The notes under the pieces were generated by a model that ran no database searches, was not told where the DNA came from, and saw only the letters and a list, made by a program, of their open reading frames with translations. Positions 45,724-55,829 of a stretch of DNA of 64,000 nt are shown here, piece after piece. The translations under genes and the position numbers were made by a program. Origin of the DNA: an uncultured virus (IMG/VR IMGVR_UViG_3300025098_000016) (lineage: Duplodnaviria > Heunggongvirae > Uroviricota > Caudoviricetes). Within the stretch, counting starts at the first letter, position 1. Each line of letters begins with the position of its first letter. The stretch lies in the IMG/VR virus record IMGVR_UViG_3300025098_000016, one strand, 5' to 3'.

Positions 45724-48717
45724 TTGTCTACATACCGAACGGATCCTAAAACTGGAGAAGCACTAATCACTCCAGGTAATAAAGTAGATCCAAAAGACAA
45801 AAGCGGTAAAACATATAATGAGTTGGGTACAAAACCTCCCAAACAACCAAAGCCAGCCGAAGGCGATCCTGAAGAAGCTAAAAAGGTTATGCGAGCTCTT
45901 GGCATGCATGGTCTTGCCGACATGTATGAAACAAACGGAGAGGCCGCTAAGAAGGGCGAAATACCTCCTTTCTTCCAAGGACATCCGTTTTCAGGAATTA
46001 TTAGTAAAGCTAATCAAACTTCAAGTCCTATAGTTAAAGTTTTAGAACAAGATGAACCGTACCCAGTATCACAAAACTATGGAGCCAGAGGATCACAATC
46101 AGCAACATTTGGCGATGTTTCAAAAGTTAAGACACCGCCTAAAGCTCTATCATCTCAAATATCACAACAACCAGGATCATTACCGTTACCAAATGAATTA
46201 GAATCATTTGCATCTTATAATAATATATTTTCGTTTGGATGCATAAGTCCAGATGAATTAAATTTTCCAGATGATACCTACAGAAAAACCGGTCTTAGAA
46301 ATGGACACATGGTGCTCAAATCTGGAGGATCATTTAATGCTGATCAAAAACCAAGAACACATGCAGAAAAACACTACAATATAGATACACAATATTTTAT
46401 AGATAATGTAGATATACAAACTGTAATTGCACCAAACAAAAAAAGTAGATCAACTAATTTTTATAATTTAAGTTTTGAAATTAGAGAACCATATAGTATG
46501 GGCCAACTTTTACAAACAATGCAATTAGCATCTAACAATGCAGGATATACTAATTATTTAGAAGCACCTTGGTTATTGTCAATTAATTTTGTAGGCTGGC
46601 AAGATATAGGTGAAGGAGAAGTTAATCCCCAACTATCGTCAGCTAAACGTCTTTTACCTTTAAAAATTGTAAGTGTTGATTTTAATGTTGATACAGAAGG
46701 TTCAATTTATAGATTTTCTTGTAGTGCATTTAATGACGAAGCATTTCAAGATGGAACACAAAACTTGCCATGTAATGTTACTATACACGGGACAGACCTT
46801 GAAGAAATTTGTCAATCAGGATTAGGAAGTTTAGCAACACAAATTAACACACATTTATTACAAAAACAAAAGTTCCAAAAAAATAAAGTTGAAACAGATG
46901 AATTTGTATTTTCTTTCCCAACAGATACTTCAAGTGCGGCGGCGGCAGATGCAATGAAAGATGCTACAAATTCTGGAACAGAATATGGTAAAAATACTGC
47001 AACTGAAGGGGACGATTATATAATTAAAGAAGGAATTAATTATGATGCGGCCTATACAACAATTGATTCTCGAGAAGATGGTGCAGGCTATGCTGAGGAC
47101 ACTAGAGATTGGGCCGAGAGTAAAGGCAAGCAGAAAAAAGACTATGTTAATTCATTATTAGGTTATAGTATTAAAAGAGGTAATCTAAGCGAAACAATTA
47201 AAAAAACAATAGCAAATAGAGATACAGGAACTAATGCTATTGGTAGAAATAAAATTACAACTGAAATACCAACAGCATATGGAGATACTCCATTTGGCAA
47301 ATCAGGATTTGCTTTAAATCCTAAAACAATGACATATTCAAAAAATGGCACTCTAATTAATCCTCAACAACGCACTATACAGTTTAGAGCCGGAACACCA
47401 ATACAAAGAGTCCTTGAAGAGCTTGTGTTATTAAGTGCCTTTGGTGAAACTATAATGAGAAAAGAGCTTCAAGCTAAAGATGGTACTATACCTTGGTTTA
47501 GAGTTGAAGCTGATGTATATATGGTTGCTGATAAAGAAGCCGAAAAAGCACTAGGACGAATGCCAAGAATTTACGTATATAAAGTTGTACCATATAGAGC
47601 AAATACAAGTATATTTAAATTACCTAATGACCCACCAGCAGGATATAATAAACTAGTTGAAGAAGCGGCCAAAGCATACAATTATATGTACACAGGACTT
47701 AATAAAGATATTTTAGAATTTAATATCGAATTTAATAATGCATTTTATAGATCTATATCAACTGATTATAACAATAACAGCGGTAACAACGATGCTTCAA
47801 ATCAGTCTTCAACAGAAAAAAGTACAGAACTTGAATTAGACAACGATACTTCAGATAAAACTGGTGCTAACGTAACAAACATACAAAGCGATGTATCACA
47901 GTCTAAATCACAAGAACTTGCTGGTGCAGTGACTGAAACAGCAGAAAGAAGAATGGCTAGACAGTTTAATGAAGCCCTTGTAAACAGTGATGTTGACTTA
48001 TTAACAATGACTATTAAAATTTTAGGAGATCCTTATTATATTGCAGATAGCGGAACAGGAAATTATAACGCAAGTGTAACTGAATGGACGAATGTCACTT
48101 CGGATGGAAGTATTAGTTACCAAAACGGACAAGTTGATATATTGCTAAACTTTTTATCTCCTATAGATATTGATCCACAAGCAGGAAATTATAAAATGGA
48201 CGGACCAGCTGTTGGAGTTTCAAACTTCAGTGGATTGTATCAAGTTGTTGGAGTCAATAATAATTTTTCAGGCAACTTATTTACACAAGAACTTGAACTA
48301 GTAAAACGTCCTAACTTTGATTTAAAAGATCTAGAAGAAGCGGCCAAAAAGAAAATACAAGACCAAAAAGAAGCCTATACAAAAGCACAAAATGAAGCTA
48401 AAGCTAAATTTGGCGAAAACAGTCCTCAGCATGATTTTGCTGTAGCTGATAAAAATATGGATGGCATAATAGATGTTAGCGAACAACAACAAGCTAATTT
48501 AACTACAGAAGAAGCGGCTAAGTTAGCAACTGATAAAGATAAACCAAAACCATCACAACCAAAAGTAGATAAAAATGCACAGGTTGACTCAGATGTCGAC
48601 TATCAAAGAGAAGCATTTGGAAAAACAAGTAACCCAAATGCTGGTATAGATGGTGGCTATGGTGCAGATAACACAGCTGACTTACCAGGCGATGACGGCG
48701 ACTATGGAGCACGATAG
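45724..48717 (+). CDS. Baseplate hub protein (gp27-like, large)
   Basis: Lies between gp53 and gp5; IKILGDP and FSGLYQVVGVNNNFSGNLFTQELEL; TTG start with SD GGAG. Confidence 0.6.
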   Translation: MSTYRTDPKTGEALITPGNKVDPKDKSGKTYNELGTKPPKQPKPAEGDPEEAKKVMRALGMHGLADMYETNGEAAKKGEIPPFFQGHPFSGIISKANQTSSPIVKVLEQDEPYPVSQNYGARGSQSATFGDVSKVKTPPKALSSQISQQPGSLPLPNELESFASYNNIFSFGCISPDELNFPDDTYRKTGLRNGHMVLKSGGSFNADQKPRTHAEKHYNIDTQYFIDNVDIQTVIAPNKKSRSTNFYNLSFEIREPYSMGQLLQTMQLASNNAGYTNYLEAPWLLSINFVGWQDIGEGEVNPQLSSAKRLLPLKIVSVDFNVDTEGSIYRFSCSAFNDEAFQDGTQNLPCNVTIHGTDLEEICQSGLGSLATQINTHLLQKQKFQKNKVETDEFVFSFPTDTSSAAAADAMKDATNSGTEYGKNTATEGDDYIIKEGINYDAAYTTIDSREDGAGYAEDTRDWAESKGKQKKDYVNSLLGYSIKRGNLSETIKKTIANRDTGTNAIGRNKITTEIPTAYGDTPFGKSGFALNPKTMTYSKNGTLINPQQRTIQFRAGTPIQRVLEELVLLSAFGETIMRKELQAKDGTIPWFRVEADVYMVADKEAEKALGRMPRIYVYKVVPYRANTSIFKLPNDPPAGYNKLVEEAAKAYNYMYTGLNKDILEFNIEFNNAFYRSISTDYNNNSGNNDASNQSSTEKSTELELDNDTSDKTGANVTNIQSDVSQSKSQELAGAVTETAERRMARQFNEALVNSDVDLLTMTIKILGDPYYIADSGTGNYNASVTEWTNVTSDGSISYQNGQVDILLNFLSPIDIDPQAGNYKMDGPAVGVSNFSGLYQVVGVNNNFSGNLFTQELELVKRPNFDLKDLEEAAKKKIQDQKEAYTKAQNEAKAKFGENSPQHDFAVADKNMDGIIDVSEQQQANLTTEEAAKLATDKDKPKPSQPKVDKNAQVDSDVDYQREAFGKTSNPNAGIDGGYGADNTADLPGDDGDYGAR

Positions 48718-48723
48718 AACATA

Positions 48724-51489
48724 ATGGATCAAATAGAATCAAATAATATTAATAAACGCTCGTCGGGTGTTGGCCTTGCAAAAATGCCTCCAGGCCCTTT
48801 TCTAGCAAAAGTAGTTAATCATTTAGATCCTAAACGTCAGGGAGCATTACGAGTACAGTTATTACCTAACACAGTTGCTGGCTCAGACGATTTAGACGAT
48901 GGACAATTATTTACAGCTAGGTATTGCTCACCGTTTTACGGAACTACAGATGTTCGTAGTAACGGAAAAAATAACGACTATTATAATACGCAACAGAGTT
49001 ACGGATTTTGGGCAGTACCACCTGATCCAGGAACTAAAGTTCTTGTTATATTTGCAGAAGGATCACCAAACCAGTGTTATTGGATAGGATGTATTCAAGA
49101 CGAATATATGAACATGATGGTTCCAGGCGGTTATCCAGCAGATAAGTCAACTAATATTGTACAAGACGGGATACTGGATGACTTCAAAGGTAAAAGTTTA
49201 CCCGTAGGAGAATTTAATAAAGGTATTGGAGCTAACGCAACAGGACCTTTAGATATACGTAAAGGAAATAATCCAGATAAATTTCCAAGACCTATTAATC
49301 CTATGATGTCTTTGACACTTGCAAAACAAGGACTTGAACAAGATGTTATTAGAGGAACAACAACTACAAGTTCAAGACGTGACATTCCTAATACTGTTTA
49401 TGGTTGGAATACTCCTGGACCTTTAGATAAGCGTGATGGCAAGCCAAAAGGAAAATATGGAGATGTACGAAGTGCATCTTATATGTTTAGAAGCAGACTA
49501 GGCGGATCAGCATTTACAATGGACGATGGAGATCCTACTATTCTTAGAAATGGAATAGCAAAAGAAAATCCAGCACTATATTATGATATTGAGAATACTC
49601 CTGATAATATTAGTAAGTCAGATGTTACGTTACCGTTCAATGAACATATTAGATTACGTTCAAGAACAGGGCATCAAATTTTATTACATAACACAGAAGA
49701 TTTAATTTACATTGGTAATGCAAATGGTACAGCATGGATTGAATTAACATCAAATGGCAAAATTGATGTGTACGCACAAGATAGTATTAACCTAAGAACA
49801 GAAACAGATCTTAACATAAAAGCTGATAGAGATATAAACATTGAGTCTGGTAAAGATATTAACTTTACAGCAGGACGTAATTATAAGTTAATGGTTAATA
49901 ATGATAGAGATGTTAAAACAAATAAAAACGAAACTACATTTGTTGGAATGGACAAAAACGAATGGACAGGTAATAATCATACTGTAGCAGTGGGTAGTGA
50001 TCAAGACATTCAAATCAAAGGAACACAGCGTTCAACAATTAACGGAGATTATAATTTACAAGTTAGTCAAGATGGACATATTGCTATAAACGCAAACTTA
50101 CATAGTAAAGTAGTTGGCGATTACAGACAGACTGTAAATGGAGCGTTTAATTTAAATACTGTAGGCGATAATAAATTTACAAGTGCCGCTAACACACAAA
50201 TTAAAAGTACTCTTGCAAATAAATTAGATGCAGGAACAACAACAAGTATTCTAAGTATAGGTACACATTCTGAAACAGCATCACAAGTACACATGAATAG
50301 TACAGTGCCTGCTACGGCGGCTGACACAGCAGATGTAATCGGTGATACATTTACTAAATCAGCAACTAATGCGGTATTAGACGATGCTAACGAAGTACGA
50401 GATAAAGATGATAATATTATTAATGATGCTGACGGAAATCCGTTGAGAGTAACAGCAGATGCAACAAGAGCAAGTGTTGCAGTTGAAGCAAACAGACCAA
50501 GACGTATTCCAAGACATGAACCATGGGACGGACACGAAAACATTAATCCAGCAGGACATACTCCTAGTGCTACAGCAAGTATATTAGCACCGTCACCAGA
50601 AGTTAGATTACAACAACCTCAAATTGATAAAGATAGTGATATACCTGATTACTCAGAAACATCGGGTATCTATAATGCACAAGATGCATACATCCAAGAT
50701 CCAGTAACAGGTGAGCGTGTAAGAGAACCATTTGATGCTGACAAAGTTCCAACTAAAAATACAGATAATGCATCAGGCAACCAGCCAGCAGATCCAGTAC
50801 CAGTAGATGATATGCAACGGTATTTCTTAAGCGAACTTATAAAAGGTTTAGGATTAGATCCATTAACTTGGAAATCAACTAATGCTTATGCAGTAGCAAT
50901 GGCTTGTGCCCAAGTACAAAAAGAATGTAATTTTGAACCAAGGTCAGAAAATATGAACTATAGAGTATCAACTCTACAGCGTGTATGGCCAAATAGGTTT
51001 GGTGGATCAGCAGGTAAGCGTAAAGCAGAAGCACTAGTTGCTGGCGGACCGCCAGCTATTGCAAATTCAGTATACGGAAACAGAATGGGTAACGGTCCTC
51101 CAGAAACAGGCGATGGATTTAGATATAGAGGTAGAGGACTTATACAAATTACAGGAACATATAACTATAAAAAATATGGCGGACTAGCAGGTGTTGATAT
51201 TTACAACAATGCTGACATGGCAAACGATCCTACAGTTGCTACAAAAGTTGCAGTAGCATACTTAAAAAGTAAAAGTGTAGATTGGACAAGTACAAGTTTT
51301 AGTTCTCTAGGATCACAATTTAAAAAAGCAGTTGGATATGCTGATTCAAACGGTTCAAACACAGCAAGCAGAATTGGATTAGGAAAAGGATTCTATCAAA
51401 AAATTATTAACAATGAACTTACACCATTGGCAAGTTTAACAACAACGACACCTATTGATAAAGGTGCAGGAACATCACAGGTACAATAA
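48724..51489 (+). CDS. gp5: Baseplate spike protein (gp5-like) with C-terminal GH19 peptidoglycan hydrolase domain
   Basis: OB-fold (DPKRQGALRV; PPDPGTKVLVIF), RSRTGHQI, beta-helix repeats, then AQVQKEC...ENMNY...YGNRMGNG...DGFRYRGRGLIQITGTYNY (GH19). Confidence 0.85.
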   Translation: MDQIESNNINKRSSGVGLAKMPPGPFLAKVVNHLDPKRQGALRVQLLPNTVAGSDDLDDGQLFTARYCSPFYGTTDVRSNGKNNDYYNTQQSYGFWAVPPDPGTKVLVIFAEGSPNQCYWIGCIQDEYMNMMVPGGYPADKSTNIVQDGILDDFKGKSLPVGEFNKGIGANATGPLDIRKGNNPDKFPRPINPMMSLTLAKQGLEQDVIRGTTTTSSRRDIPNTVYGWNTPGPLDKRDGKPKGKYGDVRSASYMFRSRLGGSAFTMDDGDPTILRNGIAKENPALYYDIENTPDNISKSDVTLPFNEHIRLRSRTGHQILLHNTEDLIYIGNANGTAWIELTSNGKIDVYAQDSINLRTETDLNIKADRDINIESGKDINFTAGRNYKLMVNNDRDVKTNKNETTFVGMDKNEWTGNNHTVAVGSDQDIQIKGTQRSTINGDYNLQVSQDGHIAINANLHSKVVGDYRQTVNGAFNLNTVGDNKFTSAANTQIKSTLANKLDAGTTTSILSIGTHSETASQVHMNSTVPATAADTADVIGDTFTKSATNAVLDDANEVRDKDDNIINDADGNPLRVTADATRASVAVEANRPRRIPRHEPWDGHENINPAGHTPSATASILAPSPEVRLQQPQIDKDSDIPDYSETSGIYNAQDAYIQDPVTGERVREPFDADKVPTKNTDNASGNQPADPVPVDDMQRYFLSELIKGLGLDPLTWKSTNAYAVAMACAQVQKECNFEPRSENMNYRVSTLQRVWPNRFGGSAGKRKAEALVAGGPPAIANSVYGNRMGNGPPETGDGFRYRGRGLIQITGTYNYKKYGGLAGVDIYNNADMANDPTVATKVAVAYLKSKSVDWTSTSFSSLGSQFKKAVGYADSNGSNTASRIGLGKGFYQKIINNELTPLASLTTTTPIDKGAGTSQVQ

Positions 51490-51752
51490 TGCCAGGAATA
51501 AGCAGAGATAACGATACATCAGGAGGAGACTTAATTCCTAGTCAAACAACAGTGTTTGCTAATGGAGAAAAAGTAATTGTAGACAATGACGGTGTAGCAG
51601 GACACGGAGTGCTACCTCATATTCCTCAAAATATTATTGCTGGATCTAATAATGTTTTTATTGGTGGCATAGCAGTATGCAATGCAGGCGATGGAAATAC
51701 AGTGTGTGACCATACAGCTACAGGTAGTGGTGATGTTTTGGTCGGAGATTAA
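51489..51752 (+). CDS. PAAR-like spike tip protein (gp5.4-like)
   Basis: MPGISR.ND...TVFANG...GH...H...GSNNVFIGGIAVCNAGD...CDH.ATGSGDVLVG. Confidence 0.85.
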   Translation: MPGISRDNDTSGGDLIPSQTTVFANGEKVIVDNDGVAGHGVLPHIPQNIIAGSNNVFIGGIAVCNAGDGNTVCDHTATGSGDVLVGD

Positions 51753-51770
51753 AATAAGGTAAATATTAAC

Positions 51771-52205
51771 ATGGCAACAGACTTATACAAAACAATTAAA
51801 ATTACTCCTAAAACAGAGTCAAAACCGCCTGTAGCACAAAAAGCCTACAGAGGATTTAGTACGGTTAATCCTGATAATAATTCTTTTCAGCAGTTTGATA
51901 TTTCATTAATTAAACAAAATTTATTAAATCATCTTAATATACGTCAAGGAGAAAAATTATCTGATCCTAGATTTGGTTGTATTATTTGGGATGCCTTATA
52001 CGAGCCATTAACATCACAATTGAAAGACGCAATTACAGCTAATGTTACAAATATTGTAAATTATGACCCTAGAACACAAGCAACAGGTGTTCAAGTTTCA
52101 GAATATGAAAGCGGATTACAAATAGAATGTACATTGATGTACTTAGACTATAATATTAGCGAACAACTAAAGTTACAGTTTGATAAAAGCGTTGGACTTT
52201 CGTGA
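51771..52205 (+). CDS. gp25: Baseplate wedge subunit (gp25 family)
   Basis: LIKQNLLNHLNIRQGEKLSDPRFGCIIWDALYEP...YDPR. Confidence 0.9.
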   Translation: MATDLYKTIKITPKTESKPPVAQKAYRGFSTVNPDNNSFQQFDISLIKQNLLNHLNIRQGEKLSDPRFGCIIWDALYEPLTSQLKDAITANVTNIVNYDPRTQATGVQVSEYESGLQIECTLMYLDYNISEQLKLQFDKSVGLS

Positions 52206-52268
52206 CACAATTAAGTACTAGTATTATTGTTTTCAATAAATACAGTAGAGTTTAAAGAAGGATAATCA

Positions 52269-55200
52269 ATGTCATCAACCGACAGACAAAATAGACTGCT
52301 ACTTGCAGAAGATTGGCAGAAAGTATATCAAAGTTACCGTAATGCGGAATTCCGTAGTTATGACTTTGACACACTTAGACGGGCAATGATCACCTATCTA
52401 AGACAAAATTACCCAGAAGATTTTAACGACTATGTAGACACATCAGAGTATCTTGCTCTTATTGACATGATTGCATTCTTAGGGCAAAATATTAGTTACA
52501 GAGTTGATCTAAACGCAAGAGAAAACTTTTTAGAACTAGCTGAACGTAGAGAATCAGTTCTCCGTTTAGCACGTATGCTATCGTACAATCCTAAACGTAA
52601 TCAATGTGCAAACGGATTACTTAAATTTGAAACAGTAAGTACTACAGAAGCTCTAACTGATAGCAACGGTATTAACTTAGCAGACCAAACTATTATTTGG
52701 AATGACCCTAGTAATTCTAATTGGTCAGAACAGTTTAGACGTGTGTTAAATTCAGCACTGCCACAAAACGGAACAATTGGTAAGCCATCAATAACTAAAG
52801 CAATTAATGGAGTACTTACACAACAATATAGATTTACATCTGCAGGTAATGATGTTCCTATATACTCTTTTAGTAAATCAGTTAATGGTAGTACAACACA
52901 GTTTGAAATTGTATCAACAGGTATTGATACTGATTTTGATGTAATAACAGAAGAAAATCCTGTACCAGGAAATAGTTTAGCATTTTTATATAGAGAAGAT
53001 GGAAGAGGATCCGGAAGTTCAAACTCAGGATACTTTTTACATTTTAGACAAGGTAGTTTAAAATCTAATGCATTTGATATTTCTAGTCCTTCGGCTAACC
53101 AGAGAATTTCTATTGAAGCAGAAAATATTAATGATAGTGATGTTTGGCTTTATGGTTTAAACAGTGCTGGTGTTCCTAGTAAAATTTGGACAAAGGTAAG
53201 TTCAACTGAAGGAAACAATGCAATTTATAATAGTTTAAACAAAAAGATTAAAGACTTTTATGTTGTACAAACTAGATCAAATGACGAAATTAGTTTAGTA
53301 TTTGCTGATGGAACATTTGGTAACTTACCACAGGGAGGATTTAGACTTTATTATAGAACTAGTGCTAACAGATCATTAAGTATTAATCCGGCAGAGTTAA
53401 CAAATATTACTATTAGTTTTCCTTATCTTTCTAAGTCAGGAACAACAGAAACAATGACTGTTGGCTTAGAGCTTAAAACAGCAGTAACTAATGCTACTAT
53501 TAGTGAAACAACATCAAGTATTAGAACTAATGCTCCGCAAACTTACTATACACAAAATAGAATGGTTACAGGCGAAGATTATAATATTGTTCCTTTAACA
53601 ACTAACCAAGAAATTATTAAAGTAAAATCAACAAATAGAGTTGCTAGTGGTATTAGTAGATATTTTGATCTTAAAGATGCTACCGGAAAATATTCTAGTA
53701 CAAACTTGTACGGAAGTGATGGCATACTTTATAGAGAGCCTTATGAAAATAAAGAATCCTTTACGTTTAATACTCAAACAGATATTGAAGGTACTATTGA
53801 AAATACAATATTACCTATTATACAAAATAGAGCAGTTAGTAATTTTTACTTTGCAAACTATGCTAAGATTATTGTTAGTGATCTTAATGCTACATGGAAG
53901 CAAACAACTAAAACAACTAATAGTTCAACAGGACTATTAAACAATATTAATGACGTTGCATATCAACTAGGAACATTTACAGGCGGTTCATTAAAATATG
54001 TAGAAGCAGGAGCATTACTTAAATTTAAACCACCAGTAGGATTTTATTTTATTGGAGACGGAGAACTTACAAGCGATGCATCAGCAAAAGGTGCAAGTAC
54101 ATATAAGTGGGTAAAAGTTATAAGTGTAGACGGTGCAGGTACAAGTGTTAGTACTACAACAGGCGAAGGTCCAGTTGTGTTTAATGAAATATTACCTGCA
54201 AACAGTATACTAGAAGAAGTTAAACCAAAATTAGTAAAAGACATTACATCTGATGTTAGATCTCAAATTATTGATCAAGTATTTTCGTACAAAACATTTG
54301 CATTAAGATATGATCAAGTTACAAGAAATTGGCGTATCATTATTAACGAAAACTTAAACACAGTAGATGTTTTTAGTAATGGTAAAACAGGTGATGTAAC
54401 AAATAACCAACTTGACTCAAGTTGGCTAATACTATTTGAAACAAACGGTGAAAAATATACAGTCACAAACCGAGGACTAAGATATATTTTTGAAAGTGAT
54501 AAAGAACTTTCTTTTTACTTTGATGGACAAAATAAAATTTATGATTCACAAACAGGACAGTTGGTAAAAGATAAAGTTGCAATTATGAACTTTAATACTA
54601 AGCCAGATGAACTTACACCATTTAATAATGACGTTAATTGGGAAATTGTTAATACTTTCCGAAATGCAGATGGATATATTAATAGTAAAAAAGTAGAAGT
54701 TAGTTTCTTTGATCTAAACGATGATGGCAGTATTGATGATCCAGATATATTTGATGTTGTAGTTGCACCTTTAACAAATACATCTACAAAATATATCTTC
54801 TTAAAGAAAGAATCATCTGATCAAGGATTTAGCAAATACAATTATTATAATGCAGGCAGTACAATTAAAACAGTTACAACAGAAACTGATATTGGAGCAT
54901 ACAGTCAGTATTCGTCAGGACAGATTTTCTATATTATTGATAACGATAACTTTAAAGTATTAACTAATAATGTCCTTGTAGTAACAGCAGATTATAAAGC
55001 ACACGTTGGTAGAGCAGATTTAAAATTCCAATATGTACATAGTGCAGATGACGGAAATAGAATTGATCCAAGTGTAAGTAATATTATTGATGTTTATATG
55101 CTTACACAAACATATGATCAAAATTATAGAAAGTTTATTAGCGGAGCGATTGCTACAAAACCTTTGCCACCAAGCACAGACGAATTATTTCAAAACTACG

Positions 55201-55829
55201 GTGCAGAAATTGCTCAGTATAAATCAATTAGTGATGAAGTAATTTATCACTCAGTAGAATACAAACCTTTGTTTGGAAAACATGCACAAGAAAATTTACA
55301 AGCAACAATTAAAATTGTAAAAAATAGCGGAGAAGTAGTTAATAACAATGAAGTAAAAACACAAGTAATTGGAGCAATTAATTCATTCTTTAGTTTACAA
55401 AATTGGGATTTTGGAAATACATTTCATTTTACTGAACTTGCAACATACATAATGAATAGAACAGCACCAGATGTTGTTAATATTTTATTAGTACCAAAAC
55501 AATCATCTCAAGGGTTTGGAAGTTTGTATGAAGTTAAAGCAGAAAATAACGAGATTTTTATTAACGATGCAACAGTAGATGATATTGAAATTATTGATAG
55601 TGTAACAGCATCTAGAATACAATCAGCAGGTAATGTAGTTACATCAACAGGAACTATTAATACAGGAATTAAGAGTCAAGCATTGTCAACAACAAGCACT
55701 ACAACTACAACTACATCTACATCTACAACTACTACAACAAGTAGTTCGAGTAGTTCAAGCAGTTCAAGCGGATCAGGATCAAGCGGCGGTAGCGGAAGCT
55801 CCGGCGGTAGCGGAGGATATGGTTACTAA
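52269..55829 (+). CDS. gp6: Baseplate wedge subunit (gp6 family)
   Basis: DFDTLR, ENFLELAERRESVLRLARMLSYNPK, FADGTFG, ET..SIRTNAP..Y.TQNRMVTGEDY. Confidence 0.9.
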   Translation: MSSTDRQNRLLLAEDWQKVYQSYRNAEFRSYDFDTLRRAMITYLRQNYPEDFNDYVDTSEYLALIDMIAFLGQNISYRVDLNARENFLELAERRESVLRLARMLSYNPKRNQCANGLLKFETVSTTEALTDSNGINLADQTIIWNDPSNSNWSEQFRRVLNSALPQNGTIGKPSITKAINGVLTQQYRFTSAGNDVPIYSFSKSVNGSTTQFEIVSTGIDTDFDVITEENPVPGNSLAFLYREDGRGSGSSNSGYFLHFRQGSLKSNAFDISSPSANQRISIEAENINDSDVWLYGLNSAGVPSKIWTKVSSTEGNNAIYNSLNKKIKDFYVVQTRSNDEISLVFADGTFGNLPQGGFRLYYRTSANRSLSINPAELTNITISFPYLSKSGTTETMTVGLELKTAVTNATISETTSSIRTNAPQTYYTQNRMVTGEDYNIVPLTTNQEIIKVKSTNRVASGISRYFDLKDATGKYSSTNLYGSDGILYREPYENKESFTFNTQTDIEGTIENTILPIIQNRAVSNFYFANYAKIIVSDLNATWKQTTKTTNSSTGLLNNINDVAYQLGTFTGGSLKYVEAGALLKFKPPVGFYFIGDGELTSDASAKGASTYKWVKVISVDGAGTSVSTTTGEGPVVFNEILPANSILEEVKPKLVKDITSDVRSQIIDQVFSYKTFALRYDQVTRNWRIIINENLNTVDVFSNGKTGDVTNNQLDSSWLILFETNGEKYTVTNRGLRYIFESDKELSFYFDGQNKIYDSQTGQLVKDKVAIMNFNTKPDELTPFNNDVNWEIVNTFRNADGYINSKKVEVSFFDLNDDGSIDDPDIFDVVVAPLTNTSTKYIFLKKESSDQGFSKYNYYNAGSTIKTVTTETDIGAYSQYSSGQIFYIIDNDNFKVLTNNVLVVTADYKAHVGRADLKFQYVHSADDGNRIDPSVSNIIDVYMLTQTYDQNYRKFISGAIATKPLPPSTDELFQNYGAEIAQYKSISDEVIYHSVEYKPLFGKHAQENLQATIKIVKNSGEVVNNNEVKTQVIGAINSFFSLQNWDFGNTFHFTELATYIMNRTAPDVVNILLVPKQSSQGFGSLYEVKAENNEIFINDATVDDIEIIDSVTASRIQSAGNVVTSTGTINTGIKSQALSTTSTTTTTTSTSTTTTTSSSSSSSSSSGSGSSGGSGSSGGSGGYGY

